Assembly: GCA_013239625.1 (NCBI GenBank)
Contig: MU053994.1
Coordinates: forward strand, 3,043,589 to 3,107,588
Length of the DNA: 64,000 nucleotides
Reading direction: 5' to 3'
Source: Lama guanicoe
Taxonomy: Eukaryota
Positions within the stretch are counted from its first letter, which is position 1; each line of letters begins with the position of its first letter. Made by a program: the position numbers and the translations under genes. Shown piece after piece: positions 13,711-24,659 of the stretch. Below the pieces are notes generated by a model. The model was not told where the DNA came from. It made no database searches and worked only from the letters and a program-made list of their open reading frames with translations.

Positions 13711-14559
13711 CACACACACACACACACTATATATGCTTTTCCTCTGCGTGGCTACAAGGAACCTTTGCACACACCCCCACCCCACCTGCTTGGCACACAC
13801 TAGTTCCGAGCACAACCTGCAGTACTTCTCTGTTTGGCCAACCCTTCCTGACATCTATTTACTTCCCAGTCAGTCAGCAGCTCTTTCAATTGAGCATTGC
13901 ACTAAGCCACAAAGGAATTCCACGTAGGGGCCCGTCTGCAAGGGCCAGGCCCAGCAGCCTCCCCCCCCCACCTGAAGCAGGGCTATCTCAGGGTTTGGCT
14001 GTGGGGGTTGATAACTGTCATGTTCATCAGAGTGACTTTCTCACCTAAGTCCTTTGCTTCTGCCTCCTCACCCCATCCCTTCTACCCAGACGTGAGAGGG
14101 GGGCTCTGCACAGTCTCCTAGAGACCCCTCTCACCCCTCAGGCCCAGGGATCAAAGACAAAAATCTCTTAAAAACAATGGCTATTCCCACTGCTCACTGA
14201 CAGATGCCAGTCACCCTCTAAGAGGCCCACACAGCAGAACGGGCCCCTTTACCAGTGCATGGCCTGACCTCCAAAAGGGAGCTCTGCGGACCCCATCAGA
14301 TCCTGCCACCCAGCCCACAGTGGTGCCACCAACACAGGCCCTCCAGGACTGAAGCCCGGAAATGCAGCAGCCAGGGAGGCCCTGAGCCTTGTTCTCTAGC
14401 TGGTGGTCCTGCCCACCACAAGCACCCCAGGATCACCTACTGAGCACCCCCCTCCCCGTCGCAGACACCCCAAATCAAGAGTAGGAGTGTCCCCTGCCCT
14501 TCAGGAGCCTTAGGGGTGGCAAAGTCCCCAGGGGAGGCCTAGTGGCACGGAGGGCCCCT

Positions 14560-15050
14560 CCCAGGCCGCAGCAGGGGTCATGGCCCCTTGCTCATCAATT
14601 GGAAACCGGCTGACTCTCTGGGCTCCTGCTCCATTGTGAGCGGTCGTTCCAAACCAAAAGGGGTCTGCGAGAGGCCCGGCCTGGTTTGTCGGTTTTCTGT
14701 CCTCGCCAACGTTTCGCAAGATCACTCCAAGTACAGGGCAGCCTGGCCCGCTACCGTTGCCTTGGCAACCCGCCCTGCGGCCGCCCAGGCACCAGGACGG
14801 GGGTGTGGTGCCCCCTAGAGGCCGCGGGCTGACACGGCGAGAACCAGGACCGGGTGGGCGCGTGGGAGGCTGGGAGTTGCGGGACCAAGGTAGACAGAGA
14901 GGTAAGCGATCGGTTCAAGGTCACGGGGAGACACCCATCCAAGCCTTCCGGAGTCGGTCCTTTGGTATCCCGCTGCTACTTGTCAATTTAAAGCAAGAAA
15001 ATAAAAACCCCTCATATTCTGGTACCTACACCGAGCTGACGTAGCTTAAG
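14560..15050 (+). promoter_or_regulatory. CpG-rich promoter-like element with RFX X-box, CTCF motif and a downstream splice donor
   Basis: GTTGCCTTGGCAAC 14756-14769; TGCCCCCTAGAGGCC 14809-14823 (CTCF core on - strand); AG|GTAAGC at 14901/14902; locally high CpG. Confidence 0.6.
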
Positions 15051-16425
15051 CGGCAGGACCCCTCAGGCGCAAAAGACCCTTGCTGGGGCCCCAGAAATGG
15101 ATCACATGGTCCTACATATTGGTCAGTTTGCAGAAGTGAATTGCAAATTGGTTAAGATCTGTATTGAACTGTAATTGGTTAAGATGGCTGTCTCCCGGCC
15201 CTGAATCTGTCACACTTCCTCTCCGGTCCTGAAGCACTGGGAGCTGGCTAAGGGGGTTGTTGAGTTGAGGATATACATTTCAGTGTGAACTTACTGGGAT
15301 CTGTTTACATAGATAGTAATTACTGGCCATCCTCGGGTAGGAATGACTTCCAGGAATAATCCCACTGCCCACCTGGCATCATGACACTGAGCAGGAGAGC
15401 AGCTGGGATGTGGGAGGAGGCGGAGGAGAAACAAGGTTTGAAATGTACAGAGCCGGAAGCTGGTCTGTGGAAAATTCTTCCAATTACCTAATGCCTAAAC
15501 TTACAAGCAGCTCAAAACGGAAGATTTTCCTGCCGAGTATCATTAATAATGCAGTGAATATAATTGCAAACTCCCTATAAAATGAAATTATTTTTCAATT
15601 ATGTCCATATGTAACCAATAGAGACAATTCTGGCATGGAGAAGTAAATTGTAACAAAAATTTGTTTCAGATCACACCAAAAGAGAAAGAGAAATTTTGAA
15701 TAGAGGTAATATGTGGGTTTCAGGACTGTTTAATAACCTACTAAATAAAAAGAAATGAAGTATATGAACACACTGGGAGAAACTTTAAATTTCTTGCTGA
15801 TTTGACCAAAATAACATAAATCTCATAATAGATCTCTACAAGACACTGAGGTGAAGTGGCAGACTATTGTCAATTCAGTTATTTAAGATGGGTCTCTGAA
15901 CATGAAACCTCCCTATGCCCTGAAAATGTACAGCTGTTATATGAAAGAAACTTGATAGAGGTTTCCCCAAATTTGGCAGCAGTCCTAAAAATGTACACAG
16001 CATTACTAATAACAAATCATGAAGCTGAAATAAGCTACCAATGATAAAAAACCAAATTTCCATCAGACATGCTGGAAGAAAATCAGAATGAATTATCTTT
16101 CTGTCCTCTGGCTAAAAAAAATGATATTACAAGAGCATTATCATACAAAAAGGCAAGCAAAGTTTGCCGCCAAAAACTGCAGGTGAAAAAAGTGTTATAG
16201 AGGTTTGTCAGGCAGTTAACAAAACCTTATGTCAGTTTTCTGAATTATGTGAGATTTGAGGTCTTTCTTAGCTTTTAAAATGTTATGTATTGTGTTTTTC
16301 CTTCTGATTCTAAATAACATTCCTTTTCTACTTACCTAATTCTGTATTCACAATTTTCTGGTTTTGTTTTAAAGGCCCCCCAAATTCTATAATCTTCGAA
16401 AACTCACAAAACTTGGAGCCACCTC
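15040..16425 (+). mobile_element. hAT-Tip100 (Zaphod/MER115-like) DNA transposon fossil with decayed transposase C-terminus
   Basis: ORF 15856-16044 (NLIEVSPNLAAVLKMYTALLITNHEAE) and broken downstream frames resemble the hAT dimerisation domain; terminus aaaggcccccaaattctataatcttc...cacaaaacttggagcc resembles the Zaphod end. Left boundary uncertain. Confidence 0.72.
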
Positions 16426-17578
16426 ACATGCACACCCAAGCATCACATAAAATCCAACAACTACAGGCTTATTAAATAAAAAGAGGCACAAGACCCCCTT
16501 CCTGGAGGTGTTTGTGGGCTTTAGAGTAGCTCTTTTTATCAGTAAAAAGGTGCTGGTGAACATACTTCTACTTCAGAAAATTCAGAGCATCACAAAATTA
16601 CCACAGATTGATTAAAAGCTTGATCCACAAGAGTGACTTTTCCTCATTAAGCTACGTTTCCGACTGGTTCCCCTCAGTGCCTTCCATTCCTTTAGTGTCA
16701 CCCCCCACCTCCCAAAAGAGATTGCAGGGCACAGCTTGGGGCCATGCTGTCACCATTGCCGCAGACAGAAGGGGTGGGGTTTCTTCCTTGTTAGTCTCTT
16801 GGGTATTTTAAGATTGTCATCATCTGTTATGCCAAAAAAAAAAAAATCAAACTTTCGTTTTTTTTTTTACCTTAATGTTTCATGAGGTAAACTTCTTTTA
16901 TTTTGTTCTCTCTCTTGACATTTGTAGAAAGAGGTTTTTCTGAAAGTCTGTTGCTCAGCGTTTAAGCGGCTACAACCTGCAGAGAGGTGCCTTGTCCATT
17001 TGAATGTGCGGTAATGTCCGCTTTGCTGGGGAGCAGCCCGTCCCACGATGGTTTTTTCCTGTCAGGCTGAACTAGAAGAAGAAACATTTAAGAGGCATAA
17101 GGGTGTGCCAGATGGCGAAAAATAGGTTTATGGCACCGAAATAGTGCTGTTTTTTCTTAAAATCTAGGCTAGCACTGAATGCCAGAAGGTGTGAACCCCA
17201 GCTCTGAGTAAGTTTCCACGTTTAGCAGTCATCTTGGCCTGTGTGAACCACCCCCCAGGTGAAGCAGGGGGGCCCACAAGCCTTCCCCCAGGGCACTGTT
17301 GCCACCGCCTGCACAAGATCCCAGAGGCCCATGCGGGAGCTGGTGGGCCTGCTTCTGGGAGGGCCAGCCTGGCTCCCCATCTCTTCCTACCCGCACACCT
17401 CACCACCTTCACATCGGAAGTCCTCAGCCAGGTGCTGACTCACCTACATCTCCTTCATACTGGATTCTGATGACCAAGAACGGGTAAGGCTGGAAACTTT
17501 GACCGACAAGAAGTCCTAGGCTTCTTCGGCATTACTGAAGGTAACAGGCATCTCCGAAAGTTTTCCCCCAACCATTCA

Positions 17579-18165
17579 TGTTCCTGAACCAAACTTGGGT
17601 CTGCTTGCCCGCTTATCTACTGACACCAGGTTGTGGTGGAGGAAAAGTGCAGCGTTTACTGCGGGCACCAAGCAAGGAGTGCAGCAACTAATGCTCAAGA
17701 GGCCCGAACTCCCGATGGCTTTCAGGGAAAGGTTTTTAAAGACAGGATGAGGGAGAGCGTTGCAGGGTGTGTGATCAGCTCGTGGACATTCTTCTGATTG
17801 GTTGGTGGCGAGGTAATTGGGAGTCAACATCGTCAACCTTCTGATTCCACCTGGTCTGGGGTCTGCGTGCTTGTGGGCAGCATGCAGTTAACTTTTCCCA
17901 CCTGGTGGGGGTTTCAGTCTCTGCAAAACAGCTCAAGGATTTGGCTCAGAATATTATCTGTAGCTCTTGAGGAGGAACTAAAGGTCCTTGACTTTGTTTA
18001 ATGACTAAACTATTATTATTTTGTCTTGCTTGAGTGTTTTCCTTTGTTTCTGCATTTTCTCATTCCTCTAAGTTTATTCTCTGGAACTTGGGGAAGGACT
18101 AGGAGGCTAAAATTTTTCTACAAACAAGAGGCATGTAGGAAACCAGCATTTGAGAGGGTTAGGCT
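17579..18165 (-). mobile_element. ERV1-type solo LTR, same family as 31536-32170
   Basis: Colinear reverse-complement similarity to the 31.5-32.2 kb LTR (ccaaacttgggtc, tctactgacac, atggctttcag, tcctttgtttctg). Confidence 0.8.
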
Positions 18166-18231
18166 CATCAAGAAAGTCCTTATTAAAAAAATTAAAATTA
18201 AAAAAATAATAAAAAAAGAAAGTCCTTATTT

Positions 18232-18344
18232 AGGGGGGAGGTATCCCCTCATGCTTAGCATGCACAAGGTGCTGGGTTCAATCCTTAGTACCTCCTCTAA
18301 AAATGAACAAACCTAATTACTCCCTCCCCCCAACACATACAAAA
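18232..18344 (+). mobile_element. Vic-1-like SINE with internal deletion of the A box
   Basis: atgcttagcatgcacaaggtgctgggttcaatcc; TSD aagaaagtccttatt. Confidence 0.88.
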
Positions 18345-18441
18345 AAGAAAGTCCTTATTTACCTCAATTGCCACACTCTGAGTCAATTAGCTTTTGCTAC
18401 AAAACAACCAGCCACAAAGCTTAGTGCCTAAAGTCACCTGC

Positions 18442-19023
18442 TTTTTTTTTTTAATTGAGGTATAGTTGATTTACAATGTTGTGTTAATTTCTGGTGTACA
18501 GCATAGTGATTCAGTTATACATATATATAGTCTTTTCCATTACAGGTTATTACAAGGTACTGAATATAGTTCCCTGTGCTGTACAGTAGGACCTTGTTGT
18601 TTTTCTATTTTATATATAATAGTTTGTATCTTCTAATCCCAAGCTCCTAATTTATTCCTCCACACTTCCCTTTCACTTTTGGTAACCATAGTTTTTTTCC
18701 ACATCTGTGAGTCTATTTCTGTTTTATAAATAAGTTCATTTGTGTCTTTTTTTAAGATTCCACATATGAGTGATACCATATGGTATTTTTCTTTCTTTTT
18801 CTGGCTCACTTCACTTAGAATGGTGAACTCCAGGTCCACCCATGCTGCTCCAAATGGCATTATGTTGTCATTTTATTTATGGCTGAGTAGTATTCCATTG
18901 TATAAACATACCACAACTTCTTTATCCAGTCATCTGTCGATGGACATTTAAGGTTGTTTCCGTGTCTTGGCTATTGTGCTGTTATGAACATTGGAGTGCA
19001 TGTATCTTTTCAAATTAGAGTTC
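18442..19023 (-). mobile_element. L1 3' end
   Basis: Poly-T followed by reverse L1 3'UTR; ORF 18633-18860(-) MPFGAAWVDLEFTILSEVSQ is the ORF2 C-terminus. Confidence 0.92.
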
Positions 19024-19329
19024 TCGCCATCCTCTATTTCTTCTTGATTGAGCTTTGGTAGCTTATGTCTTTCAAGGAATTCTTCCACTTCACATAAGTT
19101 GTCAAATTTGTTGGCATAAATTTCACAATTTTTTCCAACAGATATTAAAAATGCTATAAAGCCTCTAGAATGAAAACAGTACTGGAACAAGAATAGAAGA
19201 GAAACCAGTGAAATAGATCAGAGAAAGTCTAGAAAGAGACTCAGATACATTTGGCAATTTAGTATATGATAAAGTATATGGCATCTCAAATTACTGGAGT
19301 AAAGATGGACTTTTAAAAATGTTTACTGT

Positions 19330-19427
19330 TGGGGGAGGGTATATATAGCTCAGTGGTAGAGCACGTGCTTAGCATGCACAAGGTCCTGGGTTCAATCCCC
19401 AGTACCTCCATTTAAAAAACTGATAAT
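19330..19427 (+). mobile_element. Vic-1-like SINE
   Basis: SINE body; near-TSD aaaaatgtttactgt / aaaaatgtttattgt. Confidence 0.9.
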
Positions 19428-19434
19428 AAAAATG

Positions 19435-20320
19435 TTTATTGTGGTAAAATATCCACAGCATAAAATTGCCAATTTTAACTATTTTTAGGTATACAGTTCC
19501 AGGTGGCATTAAATACATTCACATTGTTGTACAACCATCATCACCATCCATTTCCAGAACTGTTTTTTAATAGACTTTTTTTTTAAAGTCTACCTTTCAT
19601 TCATTTAGCTCTTTTACAGGTAGTACAGGACCAATTTCTCTTCACTGCCTCTAAAATCCTCTGTGCTCCTCTTATTCATCCCTCCCTCTCCCCCAGCCCC
19701 TGGCAAACCCTGATCTTTTTACTGTGTCCATAGTTGTGCCTTTTCCAGAATGTCATATAGTTGGAATTATATAGTATGTAGCCTTTTCAAATGGGCTTCT
19801 GTCACTTAGTAATATGCATTTAAGTCTCCTCCATGTCTTTTCGTGGCTTGACAGCTCACTTCTTTTTAGCACTGAATCATATTCCATTGTCAGGATGCGC
19901 TACAGTTTATTTATCTATTCACCTACTGAGGGATATCTTGGTTGCTTCCAAGTTTTGGCAATTATGAATAAAGCTGCTATAAATATCCGTGTGCAGATTT
20001 CAGTGTGGATGTAAGTTTTCAATTCCTTTGGGTAAATACCAAGAAGCATAAGTCCTGGATCATATGGTAAGTGTAAGTTTAGTTTTCTAAGAAACTGCCA
20101 AACGATTTTCCAAACACCGGCAATGAATGGGAGTTCCTGTTGTTCCACACCTTTGCCAGCATTCGTTGTTGTTAACCCCAGAACTTTTTCATTATCCCAA
20201 ACTGAAACTCTGCGCCCCCGAACAATAACTGTCCCCTTCCCCAGCCCCTGGTAGCCTCTATTCTACTTTCTGTCTCTATGAAGTTGAGTATTCTTGATAC
20301 TTCACGTGAGTGGAATTGTG
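19435..20320 (-). mobile_element. Nested old L1 3' fragments (L1MB/L1MC-like)
   Basis: ORF 19915-20148(-) KLNLHLPYDPGLMLLGIYPKELKT...AALFIIAKTWKQP (ORF2 C-terminus); reverse 3'UTR motifs. Confidence 0.85.
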
Positions 20321-20933
20321 GCCATTTTTGCAAACACTGTTACCTACTCTTAAGATCAGGTGGTTTCTGGGACTCCAAGTTCTTCAGCATCCATTTCTAT
20401 GCCACATCCTTCCCAGAGTCACATGTAATCTCCAAGATGCCTGGTCTCCTAGTGTGTGGTGGTGGAAGATCCAATTCTGCCTAAAGTTCAGGGTTCAACT
20501 TGGACTTGGGAGTGGTGATCAGTGCCACAGGCAACTTAGCACAGACCTGTTCAGGCCCCTCTCTCTGTCCCTGTAGTGTCAGTTCCCTTACACTCTGGGA
20601 GCAGACATGATGCCTCTGATATGCCTCAGCTGACCAGGTTGTGGCAGGGGGATCAGGAGCCCCACTAGGTACCCAAGCCCACTGCACTCTCCAGTCACCT
20701 GCCACCTCTCTGGGCTTGCTTGGCAGGCAGCAATGTGGCTGGCCTCTGCCACACAGTGCCCTGGACACAAAGCTATGGAGACCTGGTGAGGGAACTACTG
20801 CGGTACTCCATCCCTTTCATTGACCTTCACACCCCCTACGATAACAGTGTGACCTCCCAGGCTAGGACACAGGAGAGGTGGAAGGGAAAGGGATGTGGAG
20901 AAAGGGAGAGAAAGAAAAAGCGGGATGAGGGTG

Positions 20934-21518
20934 TGTAATGAAGAATGAACCTTGCCCAAAGAAAGGTCTGGCCTTTGCCCTGGCTCCTAGGAGGTGACCT
21001 CTAAACCCTTGGAATGTCTTGTCAGATAAGAGTATATTTGTTTACCTGGAGGCCTTAGGCCACACAAGATAGTTGAACAACGTGACTTACAGTAGGGGCT
21101 TTGGGTCACACAGTATCAGCTCAGCCTCTAGAGGATGGCCAACCAACCATGTCTAAGCCCCAGTAAAAACTCTGGACACTGAGGCTCAGGTGAGCTTCCC
21201 CGATCGGCAATTCGCCACATGTATTGTCACATATAACTGCTGGGAGGAGTTAGCACTGTCCACGACGCCACTAGGAGAGGACAACCAGAAGCTCCGTGCT
21301 TAGACTTCTCTGGACCCTGCCTGCTGTGTCTCTTCCCTTGACTGATCTTAACCAGTATCCTATCACTGTGATAAATTGTAACCATGAGTATAATAGCTTT
21401 CATGGAGTTCTGTCTTTCCAGCAAATAATCAAATCTGAGGGTGGTCTTGGGGACCCCCAAACTCTGCAGTTGGTGCCAGAAGTGAGACAAGTCTTGTAGA
21501 CTGTTGCCACATTTTACA
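20934..21518 (+). mobile_element. MER21C-like solo LTR
   Basis: TG...CA ends, near-TSD gggtg/ggggg, motifs taaaaactctggacactgaggctcaggtgagcttcc and taaattgtaaccatgagtataatagc. Confidence 0.8.
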
Positions 21519-21589
21519 GGGGGGCACACAGATGGGGCATGCTATCATGTTAATAGTAAATGCAAGAATAATGGTGATAGTACCCTCGA

Positions 21590-22191
21590 TCAGACGGAGC
21601 ATGAGGATGCTTCTAGAAGAAACATGATGACTGCCCAAAGGGAATCACAAGCTCAGTTCAAACTTGTATTGGCTGGTGAGGGAAAAACTACATTCATGAG
21701 ATGTCACTTGACTGGTGAATTGGAGAAGTACGTAGCCATATTGGGGGTTGAGGTCCATTGTTTTGTGTTCCACACCAGCAGAGGACCTATTAAGTTCAAT
21801 GTATGGGATCCTGCTGGTCAGGAGAAATTTGGTGGATGGAGAGATGGCTATTATATCCAAACCCAGGGTACCATTATAATGTTTGAGGTAACAACGAGAG
21901 CTTACAAGAATGTGCCTAACTGGCATAGAGATCTGGTACAAGTACGTCAAAACATCCCCATCATGTGTGGCAACAAGGTGGATATTAAGGGCTGGAAAGT
22001 TAAGGCAAAATCCATCATCTTCCAGCAAAAGAAGAATCTTAAGTACTATGACATTTCAGCTAAAAGTAACTACAGCTTTGGAAGGTCCTTCCTTTGGCTT
22101 GTTCAGGAGCCCCTAACTTGGAGTTCATGGCCATGCCTGCTCTTGTCCCACCGGAGGTTGTCATGGACCCAGCCTTGGCAGTGTAGTATGA
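21590..22191 (+). pseudogene. RAN: Processed pseudogene (retrocopy) of RAN GTPase
   Basis: Intronless. 5'UTR-like tcagacgg...gcttctagaagaaac, then ATG at 21627. Protein contains [60 protein letters not shown]-loop deletion, frameshift at ~22104, TAG in the ancestral frame at ~22183, 3' truncation with no polyA tail. Confidence 0.96.
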
Positions 22192-22666
22192 GACTGGTAG
22201 AGCAGGGCCCCCACAGCATGCCCTGATACCTCATCTCCACATGTATCTGATTACCTCTATCCTTTTGTGGCTGATGTGTAATTTTACGGTGTCCAAACCA
22301 ACTGCAGGTCTGCAGCTCTCATAATGCACGTGCCTCTGGCAAATAAGACCCTCATCTTCAAGTGCCTATAGGGAAAGATATGTTTGGAGTCAAAGATCCA
22401 TTGGCATTACCACGAGAAATGGCAACATTTCATCTGTCCACTACAGGAAGAGCTGCCAGATTCTTTAAATATAATTTTAAGTGTTGCACAAATTTAAATG
22501 GATAATAAAAAAAAATGTCAGTTGCTTACCTGCGCTAACAGTTTCTCCTTGATGGTGACTATTGAGCATCTGAAGTAGTCATCATTAAAAAGTTTAGATC
22601 AGGAATTGTGTGTGGTCATTGCAAGCATAAAACCTCTTGTAAAAAGTTATGTTGATAAAAGTTAAC

Positions 22667-23173
22667 TGTGTAGCTTGGCTAGAGGCTACCAATCCCTCCC
22701 ACGCTAGTATTCACTTTGTAATGTGTTCCTGCCCTTCGTTCCTCCCATCTGGGGGTGGGTCTATGGCTCCACCCCCGTATCCCAAAGTCTGGGCTGGCCT
22801 TGTGACCTGCTTTAGCCAATAGAAGTGGGCGGAAGTGACTTGAGCCTCCTACAGCGCAGGAAGCTTGAGGCTTCTGCCTCGATTTTCTCGCAAGGTTCTG
22901 GTTGCCATATAAAGAAATCCACTTAGCCTACTAGGACACGAGAACCCATGGAAGAGAGGAGACCTGAGGGGTCGTAGTCCACAGTCAGACATGTGAGCGA
23001 GGCCATCTGGACCCTTCCAGCCCAGCTGATCCTCCCTCTTGGGTGAGTCCAGTTAAAACCGGCAAAAGGAAGTGCTCAGCCAACCACCACAATCATGACA
23101 AATCAGAAACTATTGTTGTTTTAGGCCACTATGCCTTGGGGTGGCTTATTACACAGCAAAGGCTAATTAAAAC
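22667..23173 (+). mobile_element. MLT1-type (MaLR) solo LTR
   Basis: ccttgtgacctgctttagccaatagaagtgggcggaagtgac; terminal ttgttgttttaggccactatg...ttattacacagcaa. Confidence 0.8.
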
Positions 23174-23689
23174 CCCAGCTCAGCTTATCATTAAAAAAAT
23201 GAAAAGCTCTAATATGAAGGGGACGTGGGTGGGGGTAGGAGTGAAACAAAATTGGCTTTACCTTGGTAATTGTTGAAGCTGGGGATTCATTATCTACTCA
23301 ACTATTTTTGCGCATGTTTGAAATTTTCCATAGTAAAAAGTAAAAAATAAAAGGAGGGTTGGAAAGATTTCATTAGAAAAAAAATATATACATCCTTGAT
23401 AATCAACACATTTAACTTTTTTTTCCTAAAGAAAATCACGGATTTATTCCATTTGCAACCAGACGTGCCAGGTGTACCCACCATGTCGGCAAATATTTCA
23501 CATTTCAGGAGGAAGACCAACACATTGAATTTTTTACATGATTGCATAATACACAGAATGAAATACATTTTTACCCCAGCAGGCCACATTTTGACTCTCC
23601 AAATACTCTCGAGTTCACCCCTGAATGTCACAGAGATGTTACATAAAATTTCTGGGTGTGTCAAGAGGTGAAGAAGGATAAGGGGCCTG

Positions 23690-24620
23690 ATCCCACCTCC
23701 AAAACCGGATCCAAAGGCAGCTGGCGCCCCCACCAGGCAGAGTTCGGGCGGGACAGGACCCCACAGCCCCCTAGCCCGGGATGGGAGGGCTCCGCCTTCC
23801 TTACCCCCTTCCTGCCCTATCTGGTCGAGACCCTGCTCGGCGGCTCGGGCTGGGGTGGGTGCAAGGGTGCGGGGAGGGGGCCGGAAAAGGCGGGCCAGCC
23901 TGAATTACCACCAGCTCCGAACTGTCCAGGGAGGGGCCAGAAGCTTCTTTCACAGATCGAGCCACCCTTGGATGCCCATGTCCATCCTTGGGGGTGGGGG
24001 GCGGGCAGGTGGCAAGCGCGCCGCCCTGGGGTCCCAAGCCTCACGGATCGCAGGACCTCTGCCCCTCTGAGTCACACTCTCCCGGAGCCCCGACCTCCCC
24101 GGGCTCCGATCCTCGACAGACTGTAAGCCCAGTGCTGTGGAATCCGAGCGGGCCCGCGTGCAGCCCTGAAGTGAAGGGTCGCCACGGCCAGTGCAGTCCC
24201 CAGAGGGGCGCCGGGCTGGCAAGGGAAGTGGGGCGGCTGGGGCCCCGTAGGGGGCGTCACCCGAGGATGCTTAGAATCCGGGTTTCAACCGCCTCGTTGA
24301 TCCCGTCCCTGCTTCCTTGAAGACGTTTGAAATGACTGATGCGAGTTCTCTGGCCTCGAAGCCACCCTCTTAGGAAGCTTTTCCNNNNNNNNNNNNNNNN
24401 NNNNNGGAGGAGGGAGAGGAGAGGGTGGGAGGAGAGAAAGGGATGGAGGAAGGCGGGGAGGGGGGTGGGGGGAGAGGGAGAGCAGGAGGGAGGAAGGGGA
24501 ATGAATTGCATTGGCCCGTCGCCTCCGCAGCGGAAGACGCTGACACTCTCAGTCCAGCCCCCCTCCCCGGGGGCCCAGCGTTCCCGTTCCCCAAGCCAGG
24601 CTGCAGACAAATGAGCACAC
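23690..24620. promoter_or_regulatory. CpG island containing a 21-N assembly gap (24385-24405)
   Basis: About 0.9 kb GC/CpG-rich, non-repetitive, GC boxes (ggggcggg), purine-rich tract beside the gap. Confidence 0.75.
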
Positions 24621-24659
24621 AGAACACGCAGATTAGAACATAAACAAGGATGTTTTATT
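24610..24659 (-). terminator. Candidate polyadenylation site on - strand
   Basis: AATAAA (tttatt at 24654-24659) followed on the - strand by TTGTTTATGTTCTAATCTGCGTGTTCTGTGTG (U/GU-rich downstream element). Confidence 0.35.

Noticed and set aside
13202..13723. 173-aa minus-strand ORF and other long ORFs in repeats (29338-29784, 56149-56658, 63277-63729)
   Set aside because: They lie largely in or run into L1/LTR sequence and have low-information composition
21504..22226. 240-aa ORF as a functional RAN gene
   Set aside because: The listed start is a non-ATG codon inside the LTR; the P-loop is deleted, the C-terminus is frameshifted and there are no introns
23656..24643. Multiple overlapping Pro/Gly/Arg-rich ORFs
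   Set aside because: Expected artefact of GC-rich CpG-island sequence; no domain recognised, and some cross the N gap
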